A stretch of 64,000 nt of DNA. Source: Octopus vulgaris (lineage: Eukaryota). Positions 26,680 through 38,900 of this stretch are shown here, piece after piece (positions within the stretch are counted from its first letter, which is position 1; each line of letters starts with the position of its first letter). The stretch lies in assembly GCA_951406725.2 (NCBI GenBank), contig OX597831.1, positions 24,924,001-24,988,000 on the forward strand. Reading direction: 5' to 3'. Made by a program: the position numbers and the translations under genes. A model generated the notes under the pieces. The model was not told the DNA's origin and searched no databases. It saw nothing but the letters and a program-made list of their open reading frames with translations.

Positions 26680-26911
26680 GGTGGCGAGCTGGCAGAAGCG
26701 TTAGTGCGCTGGGCAAAATGCTTAGCAGTATTTCGTCTGCCACTGTGTTCTGAGTTCAAATTCTGCTGAGGTCGACTCTGCCTTTCATCATTTTGGGATC
26801 GATAAATTAAGTACCAGTTATGCACTGAGTCGATGTAATTGACTTAATCTCCTTGTCTGTCCTTGTTTGTCCCCTCTATGTTTAGCCCCTTGTGGGCAAT
26901 AAAGAAATAAG
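26680..26911 (+). mobile_element. SINE family A inside a (CATA)n tract
   Basis: Full head-to-tail match to the other family A copies. Confidence 0.88.
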
Positions 26912-27316
26912 ATACATACATACATGCAAACATATATACATACATTCATAAATGCATACATACGTGCAAACATATATACATGCAAACATACATACATGCA
27001 TTCATAAATACATAGATACATACATGCAAACATCCCACATGCATACATACATACATGTAAACATACATTCATGCACACATACATACATTCATAAATACAT
27101 AGATACATGCAAACATACTGACATACATGCAAACATACTGACATACATGCAAACATATTGACATACATGCAAACATACATACATTCATACATGTAAACAC
27201 ACACACACATTCAGACATACATGTAAGCATACATACATATATACACGTATGCACATACATACGAAATTACACATGCATATTTATATCTACAGCACTCAAC
27301 ATTCATATATGTTTAA

Positions 27317-27351
<35 letters not shown>

Positions 27352-27646
27352 CATACTTACATAAATACATGCATATATCGACATCCATGCAACTATATTG
27401 TCATAAATATGCAGTGTACATGCTATTACTACAAGCCATGCATGTATAGAACACATACAAATACACGCATATATATACATGCAACAACCATACAGATACT
27501 ACACAAATATGCTTATACAGCTTTATTAACTTCACACACCTTCCATATATATATTAACTCACCTACATCTACTATTCACATGCACAAACACATACACAAA
27601 ACTCACATACTAATGCAATGCAGAGTACATATACATAATATATATA

Positions 27647-28825
27647 CAGGCATACCTCAGCTTAAGTCGTTTCAATTATACATTAGTTTTCAAAAATAAT
27701 ATATGGAAAAATTAAAATAAAATTTAGTCACTTTACTCAACTTTACGTCTGTCCACCACGAATATTGGAATTGTAAAATCACCAGAAAACCATTAAAAGC
27801 ACATAAAATCATGTTACTGTACAACAAATAAGAATAAAAGCATAAATAATCATATTAAAATACGTACAGTAAATGTTAAGATACACACCATAAAGTAGTG
27901 TAGCTTAATGAACAAAATCAAGAAGTCATGAAATCACCAAATTGTATGGTCATATTAGTAAATTAAAAATAATTAATTTTTTTACTATTGTGAAATAATA
28001 AATATTACTGAATTTGTTTTTGTAAGCTTAAAAAAAGGCTTTTATTTTACCATGTCTTATTGCAAACCGCATTCATAAATAAAGCATTTGCGATGTACGG
28101 TAAGCACTACCAAACTGTATTCATAAATTTAGATTGCTGTTTTTTTTTTCTGTTGAGGCAAGTGAGGATCAGAATCGAAATCGATCAATGGAAATTGCAG
28201 ATGTGTTACCAGTGCTGGTGGCATGTAAGAGAACCATCCATTCGCAACCGTTGCCAGCGCCGCCCCGACTGGCCTCATGCCGGTGGCACGTAAAAAGCAC
28301 CATCCGTTCGTGTCTGTTGCCAGCATCGCCTGGCCCCCGTGCCGGTGGCACATAAAAAGCACCATCCGTTCGTGGCCGTTTGCCAGCTCTGTCTGGCACC
28401 TGTGTGGGTGGCACGTAAAAAGCACCCACTACACTGATGGAGTGGTTGGTGTTAGGAAGGGCATCCAGCCGTAGAAACACTGCCAGATCTGACTGGGCCT
28501 GATGAAGCCTTCTGGCTTCACAGACCCCAGTTGAACCGTCCAACCCATGCTAGCATGGAAAACAGACGCTAAACGATGATGATGATGATGATGATGATGA
28601 TGTACTGTATTAAAAAATAAAAATCATTTGTTTGTAAGCTTAAAATCGCTTTTCATTAACAATGTATTATTGAAAATGCTTTCATAAAGTACAGAACTGT
28701 GAATGGTTATTATTGGTTTAGGCTAGAGTTAAGTAAATTCAGCCTAGACTAGCCTAGAGACAAGTTAATTCAACTTAAGTCATATCTCCTGAAACCAATT
28801 AATGACATCAGGTGAGGTATGCCTA
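27647..28825. mobile_element. pogo/Tigger-type non-autonomous DNA transposon
   Basis: TA|caggcatacctcagcttaagtc ... gacatcaggtgaggtatgccta|TA. The CAGGCATACCTC terminus matches Tigger-type TIRs. Confidence 0.7.
28165..28602 (+). mobile_element. Family D element with internal tandem units, nested in the pogo-type element
   Basis: Four repeats of tggca(c/t)(g/a)taa..agcacc, then the family D body and (GAT)n tail. Confidence 0.8.
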
Positions 28826-28834
28826 TATATAGGC

Positions 28835-28997
28835 CTAGGAGTGGCTGTGTGGTAAGAAGCTTGCTTCCCAACCACATGGTTCTGTATTCAGTTTCACTAT
28901 GTGGCACATTGGGCAAGCATCTTCTACTATAGCCTAGGGCCAACTAAGTTAGTGGATTTGATTTGGTAGGCAGAAACTGAAAGAAGCTCATCGTATA

Positions 28998-29049
<52 letters not shown>

Positions 29050-29360
29050 TATGTGTGTGTGTGTGTACTTGTGTGTCTGTGTTTGCTGTGTTTGTCCTTC
29101 CACTTTCACTTGACAACTGATGTTGGTGTGTTTATGTTCCTGTAACTTAGCGGTTCGGCAAAAGAGACTGATAGAATAAATACTAGGCTTACAAAGAATA
29201 AGTCCTGTACTCTTTCGCCACAACTTTCTCTCACTCTCTCTTCCTGTTTCTTGAGTAATGCTGCGATGGACTGGCGTCCCATCCAGCTGGGGGGAACATA
29301 TATGCCACAGAAACCGGGAAACCGGACCCATGAGCCTGGCTAGGCTTGAAAAGGGCGACA
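28835..29360 (+). mobile_element. Chimeric SINE: family B head/body joined to a family C-variant 3' half
   Basis: Family B to ...aataagtcctg (~29206), then tactctttcgccacaactttctctc...ggctaggcttgaaaagggc, the reverse complement of 37400-37555. Confidence 0.75.
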
Positions 29361-30539
29361 TTTATTGTTTTATTTCCTGCTCACCCCTCATCTTTTTTTT
29401 TCCATGTTTGCTTCGTTTTTGCTTTTCCTTTATTTTCCCTCTTTACCGTCCCCTTCTTTTTTCTTTCTTTCCCATCTACAGAAGTGAATCCCATTTATCC
29501 CACTATTTTTCTTCTTCTACTCCCTTCTGTTTCCTTTCTATTTTGCCATAATATATACAGTCATCCTTAAAATGTAACCTCCCACTCCTTCTCAAGATAA
29601 AAAAATATTTACCAACATCCTCTTACATAAACGAACCCTCTGATTCCCACCCACTTTTATGAACAAATTTCTGGTATAAATATCCACAAATTCTCTATCT
29701 AAATAAATGGTTGAATAAGTTTCAAGAAATGAAATTTATAGCCCCAGTTACCCCAATATATGATATGTATAATAAATTTGAATTTACCGAAAGTTTGAGT
29801 CATTTTATTGTCTGTTGTTTCTTCAAATTTTAATATTAATTTTTGTAAATTTATCATTCCTACATAAACACACAAAAACACATATTTTAATAAAATGTGT
29901 GTGTATATAATACTTATAACACAGGAATAATGTAACTGACATATGTTGTAGAGCTTGTGTCTATATACATACATATATATAATATATACACATATATATA
30001 AAATGCTGGCAGAGGCATGTCTGTGTGGTAAGAAGTTTGCTTGTCAACCAAATGGTTTCTGGTTCAGTCTCACTCCATGGCACCTTAGCCAAGTGTCTTC
30101 TACTATAACCTTGCACTGACCAAAGCTTTGTGAGTGTATATGGTTGACGGAAACTGGAAGAAGCCCATCAAATATATACGCGTGTGTTTGTGTGTGTGTA
30201 TGGTTGTCCCTTACCATTGCTTGACATCCAGTGTTGGCTTGCTTACATCACTGTAACTTAGCAGTTCAGTAAAATAGACCAATACAGTATGTGCCAGGCT
30301 TTAAAAAAACACACTAGGCCAATTCATTCAGTTGACTAAGAACTCTTCAAGGCAATGCCCCAGCATGACCACAGTCTAATAACTGAAACAAGTATAAGAT
30401 TAAAGAAGCATGCACACACACACACACAGTGTAGGCATGGCTGTGTGGTTTTCTTCCCAACTGCATGGTTTCGGGTTCGATCCCACTTTGTTGCAGCTTG
30501 GGTAAGTTCCTTCAACAATAGCCCAGGGAACCATCCTAC

Positions 30540-30800
30540 TCCACCTTCCAAATGATACCCTAGATGTAGCATTCCAGGGTATTTCAAATCAAAATAATTA
30601 GGAGACCACGTATGCGATGTTAGAGGGGCCACATAATCAAACAGTTCTCTCATATCTAACTAGATGTGAAATAGACCTACATTATATCCTCATGCACCAC
30701 ATTTCAGATTGTAGTTCCCACTGCCTTGATCAACAAAGTGATAGCATTCATCACTCAATCACCTGGGAATGTTAACAGAATGCCCTGGTTCTGTTTGATG
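30540..30800 (-). pseudogene. Highly decayed Tc1/mariner-superfamily transposase fragment
   Basis: Minus strand WSPNYFDLK then, after a frameshift, PLECYI*GII, resembling WPPNSPDLNPLDYYIWG. Confidence 0.4.
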
Positions 30801-30875
30801 AACATTGCTACTCATCATCATCATCATCCAGTTTTTCAAATCCAGGTTTTGTCCCGGTTAATGGGGGTGGTCAAA

Positions 30876-31113
30876 TCTACCTCAATACCATAGCAACTGA
30901 TGTAGACAGGTGGAGCCCACCCCAACCTTTGAGCTGGCTCTTTTGCTATCATGAGGCTTTCGTGAAGCTTGATTTTCTATGGGGAACATGTTCTTGGATC
31001 TACCTCAATACCATAGCAACTGATGAAGGTACGTGCAGCCCACCCCAACCTTTGAGCTGGCTCTCTTGCTATCATGAGGCTTTTGTGAAGCTTGATTTTC
31101 TATGGGGAGCATG
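30876..31113. repeat. Direct tandem duplication, 122-bp period
   Basis: atctacctcaataccatagcaactgatg...ttctatgggga.catg occurs at 30876 and 30998. Confidence 0.92.
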
Positions 31114-31573
31114 CCCTTGCTTACCTCCAACCTCAGTTTCTAGACATGAGTGACCCCCAAACCAAGGCGTCTACCACGATTTTAAAGAAATGTAGTGGAA
31201 AATTTGCTCAGGATGGCAGGGATGATGCTGTGATTACTAAAAAGGTTTTTTTTCTCTTGATCACTCATGACACTTCTTGCCCAAAAGTTTTCACCTCTTT
31301 CCCATCCTTGAATATAAAGGAACCAGCTTTGCTCAAGAACGTGGTGATTTCTAAGTTTACATGGATGGCTTCTTACAGATCCTCTAGTGAAGTGAACTTT
31401 TTTCATTTCCTGTTTTGGACTAGAATTTGCTGTACTGATGCAGCTCATGCATTTTAAAAAACACATATAAATAGTTGAAAATTTGCCACACACTGCACAA
31501 CTTACATTTAGATTGCATTCCATTTATGGCCAAGTAAAGCTTGTTCACAAAAACCAGCATACCCAGAATACAT

Positions 31574-31633
<60 letters not shown>

Positions 31634-32057
31634 CTGCATGTCTTTTGTGTATTTGTTTTTACTCCTTTTCGATAAATATGCGACATTTGCAAAAAAGATT
31701 TGTACAAAAAGAAATCGTAATCAAAGAAAGAGGATGGTGGTGGTGGTGGTGGTGGTGGTGGTGGTGGTGGTAGGAAGCAGTAGTAGTAGCATGTATGATG
31801 GTTTCAATAAAATTAATGCTTTAAAAGTATTTACTGAAAAGAATTTTCTTTTCATTTCTTATATGTATATGTATACATACATATATATATACATATATAT
31901 ATATATATACACACACATATGTATGTGTAGATATATATATGTATAGATATATATCCATACATATTTGTATATATATATATGTGTGTGTATGTGTATATAC
32001 ATATACACATGTGTGTATATGTATGTTTATATACATATACATATGTGTGTATACTTA

Positions 32058-32092
<35 letters not shown>

Positions 32093-32127
32093 GTTTACAT
32101 ATATGTATATACAGAAATATGTGTAGA

Positions 32128-32185
<58 letters not shown>

Positions 32186-32875
32186 CACACATACATATTT
32201 GTATATATGTATAAATGTATTTGCATATGTATATATACACACACATGTATGTATACTTATATATATATACATATAGATACATATGCATATATATATTTAT
32301 ACACGTGCATGTGTGCCTCTGCCTGTCTATCTCTCTCTATATATATGCATACATACATATATACATACAAACATGTACATAAACACACATGCATACATAC
32401 ATAGACACATGTGTGTCTGTGTGTAAATATAAAATTTAACTTAAAAAAGGAAAAAAAAAAAACATTTCGTAGGTATTCAATTCAATCTAATTTTTCACAG
32501 GATTTTCAGTTTTTATTGAGTGAAATGAATCTACAATTTCTCAGAAACTGAGCTTACATATATAGAAAGAGAGAGTGGAAGAAGGAAAGAGGAAGGAGAG
32601 ATGTAGGCATGGAAAATTGGCAAGACATTCATAATCGTTAAATTCATGAACTATATAATATGTAAATGTTGGTAAATGGGCAGCATAGAAAAAACATCAT
32701 CTAATATATATGGCACAGGCATAGCTGTGTGGTAAGATGTTTGCTTTCCAACCACATGGTCTTGGGTTCAGTTACATGGCACTCCACCTTGGGCAAATGT
32801 CTTCTACTATAGCCTTGGGCTGACCTTGTGAGTGGATTTGATAGATTGAAGCTGAAAGAAGCCTCTCATATATAT

Positions 32876-33286
32876 CTTTTTACTCTTTACTCTTTTACTT
32901 GTTTCAGTCATTTGACTGCGACCATGCTGGAGCACCGTCTTTAATCGAGCAACTCGACCCCGGGACTTATTCTTTTGTAAGCCCAGTACTTATTCTATCG
33001 GTCTCTTTTGCCGAACCGCTACATGACGGGGATGTAAACACATCAGCATTGGTTGTCAAGCAATGCTAGGGGGACAAAGACAGACACACAAACACACACA
33101 CGCATATATATATATACATATATACGACGGGCTTCTTTCAGTTTCCGTCTACCAAATCCACTTACGAGGCTTTGGTCATCCCGAGGCTATAGTAGAAGAC
33201 ACTTGCCCAAGTTTCCACGCAGTGGGACTGAACCCGGAACCACGTGGTTGGTAAACAAGCTACTTACCACACAGCCACTCCTGTGC
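32876..33286 (-). mobile_element. SINE family B, adjacent to an oppositely oriented 5' half (32711-32870)
   Basis: Both match the family B consensus, in opposite orientations. Confidence 0.88.
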
Positions 33287-33541
33287 CTATATATATATAT
33301 TTGATAGAAATGGTAAGACAACAAAAGAATGAAAGAGACCTTGGTATTATGTAAATAGAGGAATTTATCTGTAATATGTGACAATTATACTTATAGGCAC
33401 ATATACATGGATGTGCGGGTGCGCATGTGTAGGTATGGACATGCTCGCTTATGCGAATACTATGAACTCCCTTACTTTTACTCCTTTACTTTTACTCCCT
33501 CCCCTCACTTTGGGGTCATTCAAATAGCTCTTTTGTCTTAC

Positions 33542-33662
33542 AGTAATTTCCCTTTGTTTAACGGTCATTTTCATAGCATCTTTTCCGATGGCCGGATAAC
33601 TGAAGATATAGCGGTGTGGATTTCCACCCTGACACCCGAAACTCGGAGTTTTATCATGGCTA
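33542..33662 (-). CDS. Predicted 121-nt internal coding exon (phase 2-0; SHDKTPSFGCQGGNPHRYIFSYPAIGKDAMKMTVKQREIT)
   Basis: gttattcag|TAGCC...GAAATTACT|gtaaga; CpG/GC-rich unique island; exactly one minus frame is open from acceptor to donor. Confidence 0.6.
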
Positions 33663-33830
33663 CTGAATAACTATCACATATTACAGATATATATATATAT
33701 ATATATGGATGGATGGATGGATGAACGCACACACACATATATATATCTACATGTGTGTTTATCTTTGTGTCTGTGTTTCTTCCCAAAACTGCTTGAAAAC
33801 TGAAGTTGAGGTGTTTACATCCCTCTTAAT

Positions 33831-34058
33831 TCTTTACTGCCCACAAGGGGCTACACACAGAGGGGACAAACAAGGACAGACAAACTGATTAAGTCGTTTA
33901 TATCGAACCCAGTGCATAACTGGTACTTATTTAATTGACCCCAAAAGGGTGAAAGGCAATGTCGACCTCTGCAGAATTTGAACTCAGAACGTAGTGGCAG
34001 ACGAAATACCTCTAAGCATTTCGCCTGGCACGCTAACGTTTCTGCCAGCTCACCGCCT
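33831..34058 (-). mobile_element. SINE family A inserted in an old family B copy
   Basis: Reverse complement of family A; host SINE B sequence on both sides. Confidence 0.85.
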
Positions 34059-34489
34059 TCTATGATAGAGGGATGTAAACACATCCCTCTATCATAGCAG
34101 TTCAGCAAAAGAGACTGATGGAATAAGTACAAGGCTTAAGACAAAATTATTAGTATTGGGGCAATTCATTTGACCAAAATTCATCAAATGGAGCCCCAGT
34201 CTAATGATTGAAACAAGTAAAAGATAAAACGTGTATTTACATTTTGCTTTATGTTAGTTTTATAAAAGATATATACATTTTTATTAAATTCACTGTGATC
34301 TGTATGTCATATTTATTAATGACACATTATAATTAAAGAGGGGAAGATGAATTAAATTATGTAATTTAATTATTCATCTCAATTAGCTGAAACACTGAAA
34401 GCCGAAAGTATACACATGCTTTTGCACACCTTCAAACATATATCAGTTTGTATGTGTGTGTCAAAATATGTACACACACACAAACACAC

Positions 34490-35113
34490 ATCATCATCAT
34501 CGTCGTTTAACGTCTGTTTTCCATGCTGGCATGGCTTGGACGGTTTGACTGGGGATTGGCAAGCCAGGTGGCCACATCAGGCTCCAGTCTGATCTTGCAG
34601 TGTTTCTACAGCTGGATGCCCTTCCTAAAGCCAACCACTCTGAGAGTGTAGTGGGTACATTTTACGTGCCACCAGCATGGGAGGCAGCACTGGCATCGGC
34701 CACATTCAGATGGTGCTTTTTATATGCTATAGGCACAGGCGGCGAACTGGCAGAAACGTTAGAGCGCCGGGCAAAACGCTTTGCGGCATTTCGTCTGTCG
34801 TTACGTTATGAGTTCAAATTCCGCCGAGGTTGACTTTGCCTTTCATCCTTTTGGGATCGATAAATTAAGTACCAGTTATGCACTGGGGTCGATGTAATCG
34901 ACTTAATCCCTTTGTCTGTCCTTGTTTGTCCCCTCTATGTTTAGCCCCTTGTGGGCAACAAAGAAATATATAGGCACCGGAGCCAGTTGGGGCAAGGAAA
35001 ATGGCATCGACCATGTTCAGATGGTACATTTTACATGCCACCAGCATGGGGAGCCAGTCAGGCAGCACTGGCAACAACCCATGCATGCATGGTACTTATT
35101 GTGTGCCACCAGC

Positions 35114-35115
<2 letters not shown>
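34490..35115 (-). mobile_element. Family D element containing a family A SINE (34738-34968, +)
   Basis: (CAT)n tail at 34490; insert flanked by tataggcac direct repeats. Confidence 0.8.
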
Positions 35116-35152
<37 letters not shown>

Positions 35153-35925
35153 TTCAGCAAAATTTAGATTCAGATGAATGTGGTACTTAAGTTAAAGGGA
35201 CCAGAATTTGGTATGATATTATCCATATAAATCAAATGGGGTGATTATTATCAAAATAAGCAACAAGAATATCCAAGGTAGTGTAGTACAATCGTTTCAT
35301 GCTACTTCATTTAATTAAACAATGTAAGTAATACATCAGTTTTAAAATGTAGAGCACTCCTCAGCCACATATAGAAATTTTTAATTAAATAGACAATGTT
35401 CATTTTTATACTTATTCCATTTGCCAACATTACAAAGAGGGTAGATATATAGACAGAGAGGTTAATTTCATCATTAAGAACATGGTAGTAGAAGGTCCTT
35501 CACTACCATGGATATCCTTGTTGCTTATTTTGAGTATATATATATATATATATGTAACTTCATGCATAGCTGTAGAGTAAAGGGACTTGCTCCCTCACTA
35601 TGAAGTTCTAAATTCAGTCCCACTACAAATCACCTTGGACAATTGTTTTGTAACTATGGCCCTGTATCAAGCAAAGCTTTGGGAATGGATGTGCTGGATG
35701 GAAACTGAAAGAAACCCATCAATGTTCTCGGGTGACCAGCAATCAGCAGGTGTTGCTTGTTTCCCTCATTTATCATCATTTTCATTTGTCCTTTCATATA
35801 ACATTATGTCTATTAAATAGATGGGATTAAAAGATTTTATTTAGTATGACACATGTTTCAACCCATTCTGGGTCTCTTCGGGTACATAAAGAAATAAAAA
35901 AAAACATAAAAAGTTTCACTAGAAA

Positions 35926-36242
35926 TTCAGTTTTACGTATCGCTAAATGTCCGTCAACTTTGGAAATGAGTAAAAAAACAGAGAAAAGTTGAAACGCGAA
36001 AATTTCAAATACGAACGTGAAAATTCTTGCTTAGAGAAAATGACGTAAGGAGCCATTACTGTTTTAACTGTTGAGAAAGAAACGGAAGTAGAAAGGAAGG
36101 TGATACTTAGACGAAAAGTTTTTTGTATTCGCACTCATACACACATATACATACACAGATACACATGTGTATGTATATACATATATATATAAATACATAC
36201 ATATATATACATATATATATAAATAAATATATATATAAATAA

Positions 36243-36276
<34 letters not shown>

Positions 36277-36292
36277 GTATACATATATATGT

Positions 36293-36343
<51 letters not shown>

Positions 36344-36703
36344 TATACACTTATACACGCTCACACATGCACATCCAAGTATGTGAGTATATAAATGAAC
36401 TAAATACATGCGCATATGTACACGTATTGATGAATACATACATATATGTATAGCAACTTATATATATATGCACACATGCACATGTATGTGCATGTGTGTA
36501 TATGTATATATGCGTAGAGATATACATATGTCTATATCTCTATCAGCATGCATTTGCAGTTTTTGTGTTTTTTGTTTTTTTTTATAGGTGTATGTATATA
36601 TTAATGTGAATTTGTGTATACGTGTATAAGGGTGTATGTTTATATGTGTGTATGCACACATATATGTATCTGTATGTGTGTATGTGCGTGTATAAATTTA
36701 CTT

Positions 36704-36743
<40 letters not shown>

Positions 36744-37361
36744 CGTATGTCAAACTTCGCTTTACTTACGAATATATGCACTTATTTATCTATGCTATGT
36801 GCATATATTTATGTATACATGTGTGTGTGTGCCAATATATATATGAGTCTGTATACATATATGTATGTATTCATCAATATTTGCATGTGTATGAACATGT
36901 ATCTAGTTGCACGTATATACCCACATACTTGAATGTGCATGTGTGAGCACATATGTATAAGTGCATATGTATATATATATTTTTGTGTATATATATATAT
37001 ATATATTGTATTCATGCTCGTATGCACATATACATACACAGATACATACATATATATATATATATATATACACACACATATATATGTGTGTGTGTGTATA
37101 TATATGTATATATATATGTGTGTGTGCATCTGTGTATGTATATGTGCATACAAGCATGGATACAAAAAAGTTTTTCATATAAGTATTTACTTCCTTTCTA
37201 CTTCCTTTTCTTTCTCAACAGTTAAAACAGCAATGGCTCTTACGTCATTTTTCTGTAAACTAGAATTTTCTCGTTCATATTTGAATTTTTCGAATTAAAA
37301 CTTTTCTCTGTATTTTACTTATTCCCAAAGTTGACGGACATTTAGCAATACATAAAACTGA

Positions 37362-37362
<1 letters not shown>
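35926..37362. mobile_element. Long-TIR foldback-like element (~205-bp arms, ~1-kb microsatellite core)
   Basis: 35926-36130 is the reverse complement of 37157-37362 (ttcagttttacgtatcgctaaatgtccgtcaactttgg / ccaaagttgacggacatttagcaatacataaaactgaa). Confidence 0.85.
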
Positions 37363-37392
<30 letters not shown>

Positions 37393-37399
37393 TTTTATT

Positions 37400-37685
37400 T
37401 ATGTGCCCTTTTCAAGCCTAGCCAGGCTCATGGGCCCAGTTTCCCGGTTTCTGTGGCGTATGTGTTCCCCACCAGCTGGACAGGACACTAGTCCATCGCA
37501 GCATTTCTCAAGAAACAGGAAGACAGAGTGAGAGAAAGTTGGGGCGAAAGAGTACAACAGGAGTCTCCACAACCCTCTGCCAGAGCCACATGGAGCTTTA
37601 GATGTTTTCGCTCAATAAACACACACAACACCCGGTCTGGGAATCAAAACTGCGATCCTTTGACCGCAAGTCTGCTGCCCTAGCA
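37400..37685 (-). mobile_element. SINE family C variant
   Basis: Head is the reverse complement of 6120-6230; tail matches 29207-29360 and 58218-58320. Confidence 0.8.
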
Positions 37686-38329
37686 CACAGACACACACAC
37701 ACATATATATAATTTTATTACAGCTACAAAATTGTCACAAATTTGTTACTCAGAGTTTCATGTTCCTGCTCGTCGGACAATTTTAATGAAAACTCATATA
37801 TATATATGCATATACATGTATGCATACATGTATGTGATGGTTCCTCCCTGTCTTGACATTGTTAAATAGCTGTAAACAAGTGTCACCATTATGCAGTCAG
37901 TATCATTCATTTCCAATCTTCCAATGTTTTATATCCTTGTATTGGAAATATAATATAACGAAGCAGGTGGAAGAACGTATATTCACGATGCACTACTATT
38001 ACAATTACACGAGACTCAACACTCTCTATCAACAGTTCACAGTGAACTGCTACCAGCATGAGCTGTCAATTGCTGACAGTTGTTTGTTTTATAACAATGA
38101 GTCAGTCCACATTAGTCACTTGGTGGTGGTCATAATCCTTCCACAACACAATGAAATCTGATCAATAATGCGAAAAACAGGTAAGGGTTGCCAACAGGAA
38201 GGGTATCCAGTGGTAGAAAAACCTGCCTTGAAGAATTTCATCTGATCTGTGCAGGTATGGAAACCTCAACATTAAGAACAGTTACAGTGATGAGACACAC
38301 AGACAGACAGACAGACTGGTAGGCAGACA

Positions 38330-38330
38330 A

Positions 38331-38373
<43 letters not shown>

Positions 38374-38375
38374 TT

Positions 38376-38423
<48 letters not shown>

Positions 38424-38424
38424 C

Positions 38425-38466
<42 letters not shown>

Positions 38467-38713
38467 GTTTCTTTATTGGCCACACAGGGCTGCACACAGA
38501 TGGGACAAGTTACAAGGTAGAGCTTTTCTTTTGGTGGATGAAAAAAAACAAAAAACAAAAAATCAAAGGAAACAAAAAAAAAAGGTGGCGTAGGTTTTTG
38601 ATTAAAAGGGATCGTAAAAGGGGAAAAAAGAACAAAAAATAAAAAAAGGAAAAGGAACAAAAGAAAAGAGAAATGAAAAAAAAGGAGGGGGGGTGGTAAA
38701 AAGGGGAAGAGGA

Positions 38714-38783
<70 letters not shown>

Positions 38784-38800
38784 TGAAAGATAGATAGATT

Positions 38801-38878
<78 letters not shown>

Positions 38879-38900
38879 CAGGCAGGCAGATGGATAGATG
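38330..38900. repeat. (GATA)n tract interrupted by a LINE-like 3' fragment (38468-38715)
   Basis: Directly visible; explains the 229-aa LSIY ORF. Confidence 0.92.

Noticed and set aside
33407-33670. Plus-strand reading of the 33.6-kb island (NFPLFNGHF...MATE*)
   Set aside because: It has a fair acceptor but no linked plus-strand exons, and it is the in-register antisense of the minus frame that fits the exon chain. Not fully excluded.
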